From an uncultured delta proteobacterium (GTDB lineage: Bacteria; Desulfobacterota; Binatia; UBA9968), in NCBI GenBank assembly GCA_963840855.1, contig CAWJBB010000030.1, forward strand, positions 32,001 to 96,000: 64,000 nucleotides of DNA, given 5' to 3'. Both the position numbers and the translations under genes were made by a program. The notes under the pieces are model-generated. The model made no database searches, was not told where the DNA came from, and worked only from the letters and a program-made list of their open reading frames with translations. Positions 38,522 to 47,589 of the stretch are shown here, piece by piece; the first letter of the stretch is position 1; each line of letters opens with the position of its first letter.

Positions 38522-39514
38522 TTAGATTTTGAAATCCTCCAGCGTGCTTTTGGCGAAAAGCGAATCGACCTCCAAGCGCTTGCTGATCAATCCTTGCTCA
38601 TGGCTGTATTGGATCAGGGTTTCCAAGATATGACGATTCGCGTCCAGACCGTAAGCCCAGGGATCTTCGCCGAGAACTTCCCGTTCCTTTTCCATCTCAT
38701 CGATGGACCATGCCAGCATATATTTCAGAGCGGAAAATTCGTACATCGTTTCCTGGCAGACTCTTTTTGATTCGTTGAAGGCCTTGAAAAGACTCTGGGC
38801 GATCCAGGGATGCTGTTCGTAAACCTCTTCACGGATCACGATGGTGTGCATGATGGGAAAAATCTTGGTGCGTTTGAAATACTCCTGTTCCACCTCGCGA
38901 AAGTTGGGGATCAACCGGTGAACCTTAGGATGGCGGCGCACGAAGGGCGACGGTATATGCGCCGAAATCATCGCGTCGATTTCGCCTCGTTCAAGCATGC
39001 CCGAAAGGGTTTTGTCGGCGGGTATTGGCTGGATATCGATGTTTGGCGGCAAATTATGCTTGACTTTGTCTTGGCGGCCCGGATGCTCTTCACCTCCGGT
39101 AAACCATTTCATTTTCTCCGGCGCTACGCCGTATTCATGCTGCAAGATGCCGCGCGCCCAGGTCGCCATCGTAATCTGGTACTCGGGAACGCCCACCCTC
39201 TTGCTCGCCATGTCGGCCGGCTTTTTTATACCCGAATCGGTGTTGATATAGATGCAGGAGTGGCGAAACGTCTTGGATGGAAACACCGGTATGCCTATCA
39301 GTCTTGGCGCGCCTTTATCCCGCGACATCAAAAAGGATCCCGTGGACATCTCCGCGACGTCAAATTCGCCGTAGCGCAGCATGCGCCAAAAGGTTTCCTC
39401 CACGCGCAATGGCAGGTAGGTGAGATCGACCCCTTCTACTTCCACCCGCCCGTCTTGCAGGGCGCGGGTGCGGTCGTAATCCCAACAAGCCAAAGTCAGT
39501 CGAATCTTACTCAT
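38522..39514 (-). CDS. 4,5-dihydroxyphthalate decarboxylase-like protein (SBP fold)
   Basis: LACWDYDRTRAL, PVFPSKTFRH, IFPIMHT, DPWAYG. Confidence 0.88.
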   Translation of the reverse strand: MSKIRLTLACWDYDRTRALQDGRVEVEGVDLTYLPLRVEETFWRMLRYGEFDVAEMSTGSFLMSRDKGAPRLIGIPVFPSKTFRHSCIYINTDSGIKKPADMASKRVGVPEYQITMATWARGILQHEYGVAPEKMKWFTGGEEHPGRQDKVKHNLPPNIDIQPIPADKTLSGMLERGEIDAMISAHIPSPFVRRHPKVHRLIPNFREVEQEYFKRTKIFPIMHTIVIREEVYEQHPWIAQSLFKAFNESKRVCQETMYEFSALKYMLAWSIDEMEKEREVLGEDPWAYGLDANRHILETLIQYSHEQGLISKRLEVDSLFAKSTLEDFKI

Positions 39515-39556
39515 GATCTGCTCCTGGATGTAAGCTCCGTGCATCGCACGAGAAAT

Positions 39557-39754
39557 TTATTTCACCCTGGCGAGAAACTCGCCGGCGCCGATGACGAACT
39601 GGTCTTTTTCCCCTTGCAACACCACCGCGGCTTCGCCGGAAGCCAGCGTCGTGCGCAGCTGAATTATGTAGGGCTTACCGTCGAATGTCACCTGCTGGCC
39701 GGGGTGGAAGCGGCTGAGTTTCTCGTGATCCTGTTGGGGATCGATTCTTTCCAT
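39557..39754 (-). CDS. Small hypothetical protein
   Basis: 65-aa ORF MERIDPQQD... co-oriented with its neighbour. Confidence 0.6.
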   Translation of the reverse strand: MERIDPQQDHEKLSRFHPGQQVTFDGKPYIIQLRTTLASGEAAVVLQGEKDQFVIGAGEFLARVK

Positions 39755-39823
39755 GAGTGATTTTAATAGCATATCGTGTGTGAAAGCTTAAATCACCGTG
39801 GCGGGTCTCGTGAGGAGAGAAAT

Positions 39824-39852
39824 TTGACATGAGTAGGCGCGGAGATTAGAGT
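39824..39852 (+). promoter_or_regulatory. Sigma70-type promoter for panE
   Basis: TTGACA-17 bp-TAGAGT, followed by an AAGGAGG RBS. Confidence 0.65.
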
Positions 39853-39874
39853 CCAAGCTAATGAAGGAGGAAGC

Positions 39875-40822
39875 ATGCGTATCGCCGTGATGGGCGCTGG
39901 AGCCGTCGGTGGATACTTTGGCGCGAAGCTCGCCGCGTCCGGCCATGATGTTGCGTTCATCGCCCGCGGCAAACATTTGGATGCGCTGCGGCGCAACGGC
40001 CTGCGCGTTAATAGTCCAAGCGGCAATTTAGACATCAGAAATGCCCTGTTCACTGCCGATGCCGCCCAAGCCGGAGGCGCCGACTTGATTCTATTTTGCG
40101 TCAAGTCCTACGACACTGAAGCTGCGGCTGAACGGCTCCGACCGATCATCGGCGCCAGGACCGTGATCCTGTCCCTCCAAAATGGCGTCGATAACACCGA
40201 CAAAATCGCTCGCCGCTTCGACGATCGCCGTACCCTGGCCGGCGTCGTCTACGTGGGCGCGCAGGTCATCTCGCCCGGCGTGATCGAGCATTCAACCGGC
40301 GGCAGTATCATTTTCGGCCCGAGGACGGGAGGCGACAGCGAAGCAACGAAAATCGTTCATCAGGCGCTTGCCACTGCGACGATTCCCTGCGAAGCGAGCG
40401 CGGAAATCCAAAAAGCGCAGTGGCGGAAACTCCTGTGGAACTCGCCTTTCTGTGCGATCAGTTGTCTGACGCGGGCCACGGTTAAGGATATCGTCGAATC
40501 CGAGTCGCTCGCCAAACTCGCTGTCGATTGCATGGCGGAAGTCAGGCAATCGGCTCAAACCCGCGATATCGATCTCTCCCCCGAGCTCTTCGACGAAACG
40601 CTGCAGTTTTCGCAAGGTCTCGGAGCCTTCAAACCATCGATGCTGCAAGACCTGGAGGCGGGAAAGCCGCTTGAATACGAAGCGTTCAACGGGATCGTCG
40701 TTAGGTTGCTCAGCGACGCGGGCAAGGACGCGCCGGTCAATAGGGTTTTTTACGGCGCGTTAAAATTCTTAGATAACAAAATCCGCGAGGAGGCATCGCG
40801 CTCAAACCATGCGTCGACATAA
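39875..40822 (+). CDS. panE: 2-dehydropantoate 2-reductase
   Basis: GAGAVGG, VKSYD, SLQNG, WRKL, SMLQD. Confidence 0.9.
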   Translation: MRIAVMGAGAVGGYFGAKLAASGHDVAFIARGKHLDALRRNGLRVNSPSGNLDIRNALFTADAAQAGGADLILFCVKSYDTEAAAERLRPIIGARTVILSLQNGVDNTDKIARRFDDRRTLAGVVYVGAQVISPGVIEHSTGGSIIFGPRTGGDSEATKIVHQALATATIPCEASAEIQKAQWRKLLWNSPFCAISCLTRATVKDIVESESLAKLAVDCMAEVRQSAQTRDIDLSPELFDETLQFSQGLGAFKPSMLQDLEAGKPLEYEAFNGIVVRLLSDAGKDAPVNRVFYGALKFLDNKIREEASRSNHAST

Positions 40823-41714
40823 TCGAATAGTACAGGCCGTGCTTTGGCTGGCCGCTTTTGCACCGCTCATGGGTCTTCCCGTTGTTGTTTATGCTCAAGC
40901 CAGCAAAGATCTCGTTGCCAAGGGTCAATACATCTTTGCCGTCGCCGGCGGTTGCGCTTGCCACACGGAACCGAAAGGCACCCCGCACGCGGGCGCGCGC
41001 GCCTTCCCGATACCCTTTGGCACGATCTACAGCACCAATATCACTCAAGACAAAGAAACTGGACTCGGCGACTGGACGGACCAACAGATCCACGATGCCA
41101 TGGTCAAGGGCATTCGTAAGGACGGCAGTAGAATCCTGCCAGTCATGCCCTATGAAAAATATTCCGGCATGGCGCAGGAAGATAGGCAGGCGATGATCGC
41201 GTACATGCGCACGTTGAAGCCGGTGAAAAAAGCCACGCCGGCGTTGAAGACCTGGGCCCCGTTCGCGCGCAGTTTGGGAACACCTTTGTTCCTCCAGGTC
41301 TTTGGCAAATTTAACGCCGCGCCGCCACAGGCGCCCAAAAGCGGCATCCAGCGCGGTCGCTATCTCGTCGATCACGTCGCGCTCTGCGGCGACTGCCACA
41401 CGCCGAGAAATTTCATCGGCGCTCCCAATCAATCCCTCTACATGGCGGGCGCCAGCGAGAAGAATGGACCGCTGGGGGAAGCTGTGCCCAATCTCACGCC
41501 GGATAAAGAAACCGGCATCGGCGATTGGCGGCGCCAAGATATCGCGGAGTTACTCCTTACCGGAATTAAGCCTGACTCCGACAACGTGCAGGGCTTGATG
41601 TACGAAGTCATTCAAGGCACGCCCCATGGCTACAAAGACATGAAGAAAGAAGATGCTTTAGCCATCGCCGATTACATCAAATCCATCCCGGCGATAAAGA
41701 ATAAGGTCAAGTAG
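40809..41714 (+). CDS. Periplasmic diheme cytochrome c
   Basis: Signal peptide; CACH and CGDCH; repeated NITQD/NLTPDKETG.GDW motifs. Confidence 0.88.
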   Translation: MRRHNRIVQAVLWLAAFAPLMGLPVVVYAQASKDLVAKGQYIFAVAGGCACHTEPKGTPHAGARAFPIPFGTIYSTNITQDKETGLGDWTDQQIHDAMVKGIRKDGSRILPVMPYEKYSGMAQEDRQAMIAYMRTLKPVKKATPALKTWAPFARSLGTPLFLQVFGKFNAAPPQAPKSGIQRGRYLVDHVALCGDCHTPRNFIGAPNQSLYMAGASEKNGPLGEAVPNLTPDKETGIGDWRRQDIAELLLTGIKPDSDNVQGLMYEVIQGTPHGYKDMKKEDALAIADYIKSIPAIKNKVK

Positions 41715-41738
41715 CATGGCCGCACAACTTATTCACGA

Positions 41739-41773
41739 GTTCAATTCGTTCCAATCGTTCAAAACGTTTTGAA
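41739..41773. repeat. 9-mer GTTCAAnnn repeat
   Basis: Shares gttccaatcgttcaaaacgttttgaa with the repeat at 63927-63998. Confidence 0.7.
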
Positions 41774-41857
41774 GTGCGCTTGTCGATGACAGGGCCCGGA
41801 GGATCGTTTCACATGGCCGCGGAACGGCGCTGCTTGGAGGGCGGGAGAAAGACACCT

Positions 41858-42844
41858 TTAGGTGCGCCGTACCTGTTTAACGACCTCGGCGATGATCTGG
41901 TCCGCGTTGACGTTTTCCGCTTCGGCTTGGAAGTTGAGAATGATGCGATGGCGCAGCGCCGGGTAGAGCACTTTTTCCACGTCTTCGTAGCTGATGTGAA
42001 CCCGGCCTTCGGCAAGGGCATTGCCTTTGGCGCCGAGTATTATCGACTGCGCGCCGCGCGGGCTTGAGCCGAAACGCAGATAATTTCTTACCGACGCCGG
42101 CGCCACGGTGCCGTTTTGGGCCGCGGGTTGCGTGCCATGGACCAGACGCACTACGTAGTCTTCGATGGGCGGCGCGATCAGAACCTGGCGTAACAGTTGC
42201 TTCATGTCATTGATGTGCCGTCCGCCGTCTTCGGGCAGAACCCTGTTTGTTTCACCGCTTTCCGTGCCCGTAGTGCGCTTGAGGATCTCGCGCAACTCCG
42301 CCTGCGTCGGCGACGTCACTAGGAGCTTAAAAAAGAACCGGTCCAGTTGCGCTTCCGGGAGCGGGTAAGTCCCCTCGAGCTCGATGGGATTTTGCGTCGC
42401 CATCACCATGAACGGCGACTCGAGCAAGTGCGATTCCCCGAAAACGGTCACCTGCTTTTCTTCCATTGCTTCCAGCACCGCCGACTGAGTCTTGGGCGTG
42501 GCGCGGTTAATCTCGTCCGCCAGGACGACATGGGCGAAGACCGGGCCTTTTTTGAACTGGAATTCTCTACGTCCGCCGTTTTCTGCCAGCACCTCGGTGC
42601 CGACAATATCAGAGGGCATAAGATCCGGTGTAAACTGGATGCGCTTAAAAGACATACCGATGGCGGCGCTAAAAGCTTTGACGAGCAGCGTCTTGCCTAA
42701 TCCCGGCACGCCTTCTAGCAGCACATGGCCACCGGCGAAAAAGGCGATCAGAACTTTTCGGATAGCGTCGTCGTGACCGACGATGACCTTGCGTATTTCC
42801 GCTTCGATGCGCTTAAAAGTATCCTGAAATTTTTGCGGCTCCAT
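41858..42844 (-). CDS. moxR: MoxR-family AAA+ ATPase
   Basis: GVPGLGKT, RIQFTPDLMPSD, DEINRA, EGTYPLPEAQLDRF. Confidence 0.95.
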   Translation of the reverse strand: MEPQKFQDTFKRIEAEIRKVIVGHDDAIRKVLIAFFAGGHVLLEGVPGLGKTLLVKAFSAAIGMSFKRIQFTPDLMPSDIVGTEVLAENGGRREFQFKKGPVFAHVVLADEINRATPKTQSAVLEAMEEKQVTVFGESHLLESPFMVMATQNPIELEGTYPLPEAQLDRFFFKLLVTSPTQAELREILKRTTGTESGETNRVLPEDGGRHINDMKQLLRQVLIAPPIEDYVVRLVHGTQPAAQNGTVAPASVRNYLRFGSSPRGAQSIILGAKGNALAEGRVHISYEDVEKVLYPALRHRIILNFQAEAENVNADQIIAEVVKQVRRT

Positions 42845-42863
42845 CGCCACCCCTTTTTTTCCG

Positions 42864-44249
42864 TCAACGAATAATTCCGCGGTACTCCAGCGGCATCTGC
42901 TGCTTTTCGGCCGGCGCGTCGGGCACATGTTTGGGCAAGGGAACGTTACTTACGGGAACCTGAGAACTCGCTTTACCACCCTTCGAGTCCCGCTTTTGGC
43001 CACCGCCTTTTCCCTCCGCCGCGAGTTCTTCCGGCAACTGCACGGTCACGTAACCCGCGCCCTTGATGCCCTGGGATCCGCCCTCGCCCGGTTTATAAAA
43101 ACGTTCCGCCGGCGGCGTGCCTTGGGGTATTTCCTCCGACACTTTGCCGCGCCCGGTTCCTTCGTCCTTACCGCTTTCGGGCTTGCCGGGGCGTTCTTTG
43201 TTCTGATCCTTAGCGGTTTTGTTTGGATCGGACTGATTGCCGATACCGCCACTCTGGTCGCCCGGGTTCTTTTCCGAGCCTGGTTCCTTGGGGTTTCCCT
43301 GGGCCATTTTCCCTCGTTGCATTTCGTTGTTCAATTGGGCGTCAAACTCGCCCTTGCTGTCACCGCTGCTGCCCTGGCTCTGCTTCCCTTCTCCCTGACC
43401 CTGCTGCGGCAGATTGCTTTGAATTCCGCCCGCGCCGCTATCCTGATCTTTCTTTCGCTCTGCCCCGCCGGATTGCTGCTCTATACCCTGGAGCGTGCCG
43501 GCCGCCTGGTTTAATAGATCACGGTCTTGTTTCTGAGTTTGTTTTTTCTGCTGCTCATCTATCTTCTTGCGCTCTTCCTGAGCTAGGTTCCGTTGTTCTT
43601 GCATCGGCACCTTAGGATCTTCGAGTTTGGCCGCGAGATTATGGAGAGAACGTGCCGTTTCCAGCAGGTTTGGCCGCTGCGCCATCCGTTGCGCTAACTC
43701 GCGCAGCAGCTCGTGGGCGGGCTGTGGATGGAGGGTCGAATGAGCCAGCGGCAAAAGCAGTTGAAACAGCAATGCGGCGGCCAGTGAAATCAGCAACGAT
43801 GCGTAAACATGCCGTTTGATCCGGTAGGGAAACTCATGCTTGATCGCGATATGGCCTTGCAATCCAACCGCCTCCGCCCGCAGCCGGGACACCAAAAACG
43901 CGGCCGTCGGCGACGGTTGCAGCGTTGCCAACGTGAGAAACCGGTCTTCCGCAGCGGCGCGGTCATCGATCAAGCGCGCCGCTAGGTGGGCCGAGGGAAT
44001 GTTTGGACGGTAGCGGATCGCGATCGCTAGCGCGCCCACGGCCAGCGCCGCACAACCCAAAACCAAGGTTATTACCGGACTGATCCATAAGTTAAGAAAG
44101 AGATAAAGTAAGCAATAAAGGACCGCGGCCACGGGCGGCAACAAAACCAGGAGTGCGTCCCAAAGGGCATGGTGCGTGAGTTTTGTAACCAGGCCGAGAA
44201 TCACCTGTTCCGGCGCGCCGCGCTCCGACTTTTCTTTTAGCGCCTCCAT
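42864..44249 (-). CDS. Membrane protein with a coiled coil and a G/Q/K-rich tail (MoxR-associated)
   Basis: Three TM segments, low-complexity C-terminus ending PLEYRGIIR; directly upstream of moxR. Confidence 0.75.
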   Translation of the reverse strand: MEALKEKSERGAPEQVILGLVTKLTHHALWDALLVLLPPVAAVLYCLLYLFLNLWISPVITLVLGCAALAVGALAIAIRYRPNIPSAHLAARLIDDRAAAEDRFLTLATLQPSPTAAFLVSRLRAEAVGLQGHIAIKHEFPYRIKRHVYASLLISLAAALLFQLLLPLAHSTLHPQPAHELLRELAQRMAQRPNLLETARSLHNLAAKLEDPKVPMQEQRNLAQEERKKIDEQQKKQTQKQDRDLLNQAAGTLQGIEQQSGGAERKKDQDSGAGGIQSNLPQQGQGEGKQSQGSSGDSKGEFDAQLNNEMQRGKMAQGNPKEPGSEKNPGDQSGGIGNQSDPNKTAKDQNKERPGKPESGKDEGTGRGKVSEEIPQGTPPAERFYKPGEGGSQGIKGAGYVTVQLPEELAAEGKGGGQKRDSKGGKASSQVPVSNVPLPKHVPDAPAEKQQMPLEYRGIIR

Positions 44250-44292
44250 GGCGTTAACTATAACATGCCATCGCAGGGCCTCAAACGTGGTG

Positions 44293-45300
44293 TCAGCGCG
44301 GGCGCGCGACGGGCTGGAAGGTTTTCACCGCCTGGTTGTGCGCCTCAAGGGTCTCGGAGAAGTGGTGTGAGCCGTCGTTTTTTGAAACGAAGTAAAGATA
44401 CGGCACATCGGCTGGCGCTAGCGCCGCTTTGATGGATGATAAACCGGGATTGCAGATCGGCCCCGGCGGCAGACCTGGTACTCGGTAGGTGTTGTACGGA
44501 CTAGGATGTTGCAGGTTCTGGCGCGTCAGGTTTCCCTGAAAATCTTTGAGCCCGTAAATTACCGTGGGATCGCTTTGCAGAGGCATACTTAGCTTTAGAC
44601 GGTTGTGAAACACGGCTGATATCAATGGGCGCTCCGTTTCGAGCCCAGTTTCTTTCTCGATAATCGACGCCAAAGTAATCAGTTCATGGGGCGTCAGCCC
44701 CGCACGGGCGCCATTGGCTCGCTCTAGGACCGGGGCAGATACCTTGCGGAACTGTTCGGCCATGGCGAGGACGATATTTTTTTCGGGCGTTGACGGCGTG
44801 AAATAATAGGTGCTCGGAAACAGGTAACCTTCGATCCCTCGATTTGGCAATCTCAAAGTTGCCAACAGCTCCGGGGCGGATGCTTCGGCGAGAAACTTCT
44901 CGCTGTCGGCAATCTGCAGCTTTCCCAGCAACGCGGCGATTTCCTTGACCGTCAGGCCTTCCGGAATCGTGATCTTATGGAATAACCCTTTGCCCGTCGC
45001 CAGCCTTTCCAAAATCTCCCACGCCGGCACAGGCCCTTCGAAGCGATAAAGGCCGAGATGAATTTTCGTTTCCACGCGCCTAAGGCGCGCCCATAGCAAG
45101 AACAGCCGCTCGTTCGCAATGAGCTTTTCTGCGCGCAACTTGCGCACCACCACGGCCAGGGAGTCGCCCTGTTCTACCCGGATCTCCGTGACCGCCGGGT
45201 TACCGCTTGGATGGTGATTGAAGATGGACACGGCGACGAATGCGACGGACAACAAGGCCGAGCCGGCGATTATAAGCAGTGTGGCGAGTATGCGTTTCAT
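44293..45300 (-). CDS. mltG: Endolytic transglycosylase MltG
   Basis: TIPEG, EGYLFP, LASIIEKE, LQSDPT, SPYNTY, GLPPGPICNPG. Confidence 0.95.
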   Translation of the reverse strand: MKRILATLLIIAGSALLSVAFVAVSIFNHHPSGNPAVTEIRVEQGDSLAVVVRKLRAEKLIANERLFLLWARLRRVETKIHLGLYRFEGPVPAWEILERLATGKGLFHKITIPEGLTVKEIAALLGKLQIADSEKFLAEASAPELLATLRLPNRGIEGYLFPSTYYFTPSTPEKNIVLAMAEQFRKVSAPVLERANGARAGLTPHELITLASIIEKETGLETERPLISAVFHNRLKLSMPLQSDPTVIYGLKDFQGNLTRQNLQHPSPYNTYRVPGLPPGPICNPGLSSIKAALAPADVPYLYFVSKNDGSHHFSETLEAHNQAVKTFQPVARPR

Positions 45301-45349
45301 TTTGGAAAGCTTAAAGGGGCAGCGATTGTTGGTCGAGGCGTTAAAGCCG

Positions 45350-45919
45350 TCAATTCGGCCTTATATTGACCTTGGCCCAGCCATCGATTTGGCGGAGAAA
45401 TCCGGCGAAGGGATCTTCTCCCGGATCCGCGGCGAAGTATGCCTTGCGGGTGTAATCCAGCGCTCCGGAGTAGTATTCGAATTTCTTTGAGAGTTCTTGA
45501 AAAAGAATGAACCCGGTGCGGTAGAGGGACACGTCTAGCTCCGAGACGGTCCAGTAGGAGCGGCTTCCCTCTTCGATGTAATAGCTGAGGCAGCCTTGGC
45601 GCGTGATGTAGTTGCGAAATATGCCGCTCATGAACAAGGCGTAATCGCCGACGTACTTGCGCCGCGAGCGCTCGGAGAGAATGGCGTCTTGGTCCGCCGG
45701 CTCATCCGCTCTTGCCGCAAGCATTTCCACGACGCTGTCCACTTTGCGCCCGCGCTGGCCGCGGATTCGGTATAAATTGTCGGTGCGGGCAAATTCCGTC
45801 AATACGTCCGCCACGTAATTCGCGACCATCGCATCGTTGATACCCAATTGCCAAAAGCTTTGGCGCACCACATTGAGGAAAAAGCCTTTGAGTTTGTTAT
45901 CCCCTGATCTCGTTTCCAT
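45350..45919 (-). CDS. Hypothetical protein
   Basis: 189-aa ORF containing VGDYALFMSGIF; promoter-like TGGTAAAAT upstream. Confidence 0.75.
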   Translation of the reverse strand: METRSGDNKLKGFFLNVVRQSFWQLGINDAMVANYVADVLTEFARTDNLYRIRGQRGRKVDSVVEMLAARADEPADQDAILSERSRRKYVGDYALFMSGIFRNYITRQGCLSYYIEEGSRSYWTVSELDVSLYRTGFILFQELSKKFEYYSGALDYTRKAYFAADPGEDPFAGFLRQIDGWAKVNIRPN

Positions 45920-46073
45920 AAGGTAATTTTACCAGAGTAGCATTTTTATGAAAAGACGAAATTCCGAAGGGTTCTATGAATAAGGCACGAGAGGAGGGCG
46001 GATAACCTAGCCATTTTCCGCGGGAAAGCTATAATGGCACAAAGTTAAAACAGCCGGAAAGCCGGAGGAAGTC

Positions 46074-46595
46074 ATGCCAGAAGACCTCAAGCAGGAGTTT
46101 TTTCGCCTCGATGGCGCCTGGGCCTCGTTCGAGTTGATGATGATCCGCAACCGCCAAGACTATCTTAAACCTTTCCGAATCCTCCGCTGCAAAATCGACG
46201 ACCAGGTCGATTTCCAATCTCCAGCGCCGTATCGAGCCTCGACGGAGGCAAGCGTCCTGATTGAAATCTTTGGCGAACAGGAGCTCGTTGCGGCCACTGG
46301 CAATGGACCGGTGCACGCCGTCGATAGCGCTATGCGTAAAGTTCTCGAAAAACACTATCCTCAGCTCTCGGACGTGCGCTTGGAAGAGTTCGATGTCCGG
46401 TTATTACATCACGGCGGCGGCTCGCGCGACGATGAGGGCAAAGGCGCGGAGGCGCTGGTGCGGGTGCTGGCGATTTTCTCCGACGGCAAGGACAGTTGGG
46501 GCACCGTGGGTGTCGCCGCCGATATCCTACAAGCCTGTGTTGAATGCATCATCGACGGCCTGGAATGGAAGCTGCGCGGCGAGCGCAAACACTAA
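46074..46595 (+). CDS. Stand-alone LeuA/CimA allosteric (dimerisation) domain protein
   Basis: ASFEL, TEASV, GNGPVHAVDSAMRKVL, WGTVGV; no catalytic barrel. Confidence 0.8.
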   Translation: MPEDLKQEFFRLDGAWASFELMMIRNRQDYLKPFRILRCKIDDQVDFQSPAPYRASTEASVLIEIFGEQELVAATGNGPVHAVDSAMRKVLEKHYPQLSDVRLEEFDVRLLHHGGGSRDDEGKGAEALVRVLAIFSDGKDSWGTVGVAADILQACVECIIDGLEWKLRGERKH

Positions 46596-46662
46596 ACTTC
46601 GCGCCCGTCACTCGGGTGCGATAGAAACGCGGCGGTCCGGTGACTTCCGATTTACCGCAATC

Positions 46663-47502
46663 ATGCTCCTGAGAACTGTTTCGCGTGGCATGCTGATTTT
46701 GTTCGTGCCGTTTTTTCTTTGGGCGTGCCCAATGGAAGAACGGCTGATTTTTCGCCCTGACAAGACGATCTACCAAACGCCCCGCGACGTCGGTCTCAAT
46801 TTCGACGACGTCCATTTCACGGCCCAGGATGGTGTTCGCCTCAACGGCTGGTTTGTTCCCTATCCCAATGCTCAGAGAACCCTGCTCTGGTTTCATGGCA
46901 ACGCCGGCAACATCAGCCACCGCGTGCAAAACATCAGGCTGCTGCACGACAAAGTTAAAATCAACGTCTTTATTTTCGACTACCGGGGTTACGGTCGCAG
47001 CGACGGCAAGACCTCGGAACCGGGCACTTACCTTGACGGCAGCGCGGCAATCGACTTTGTGCGCCGGAGCTATAACGTGCAACCGCAGCAGTTGGTTCTG
47101 TTTGGCCGCTCCTTAGGCGCGGCGGTGGCGGTTGAAATGGCCATGCATGTCGACAGCTTGGCGTTGATTCTTGAGAGCCCGTTTGCCTCCGTGCCGGAAA
47201 TGGCGCGGGCGGTTTTTCCTCTTTTGCCGCTTGCACCACTGCTCTCGACTCGATACGACAATCTGGAAAAAGTGCGGCGCGTTAAAAGCCCTTTACTGGT
47301 GCTGCACGGCGACCGCGACGAGGTGGTCCCTTTTAATCAAGGAAGGAAAGTTTTCGAGGCCGCGCCGGAGCCGAAAAAATTTTACACGATTGTCGGCGCA
47401 GGGCACAACGACACTTATCTAGTCGGCGGCGATGGATACTTTACAGCGCTGCGTGAGAGCATCGATTGGGCCGCGTCCTTGGCAAAGGACGCCGCGATCT
47501 AA
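46663..47502 (+). CDS. Alpha/beta hydrolase (ABHD13/YfhR-like)
   Basis: FHGNAGNI, DYRGYG, GRSLG, HGDRDEVVP, GAGHND; start uncertain. Confidence 0.9.
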   Translation: MLLRTVSRGMLILFVPFFLWACPMEERLIFRPDKTIYQTPRDVGLNFDDVHFTAQDGVRLNGWFVPYPNAQRTLLWFHGNAGNISHRVQNIRLLHDKVKINVFIFDYRGYGRSDGKTSEPGTYLDGSAAIDFVRRSYNVQPQQLVLFGRSLGAAVAVEMAMHVDSLALILESPFASVPEMARAVFPLLPLAPLLSTRYDNLEKVRRVKSPLLVLHGDRDEVVPFNQGRKVFEAAPEPKKFYTIVGAGHNDTYLVGGDGYFTALRESIDWAASLAKDAAI

Positions 47503-47589
47503 AAACAAGCGTCGACGATGCACAATTGCGAGGACGCGTGAGAACTGCTGCGCCGAATAAGAATCCGCAAAGCGGGTCAAAGCGTTGAG

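Noticed and set aside
38810-39760. 316-aa plus-strand ORF, and similar long antisense ORFs such as 7355-8335 and 59023-59820
   Set aside because: They overlap well-supported genes on the opposite strand and show no motifs, as expected in GC-rich DNA.
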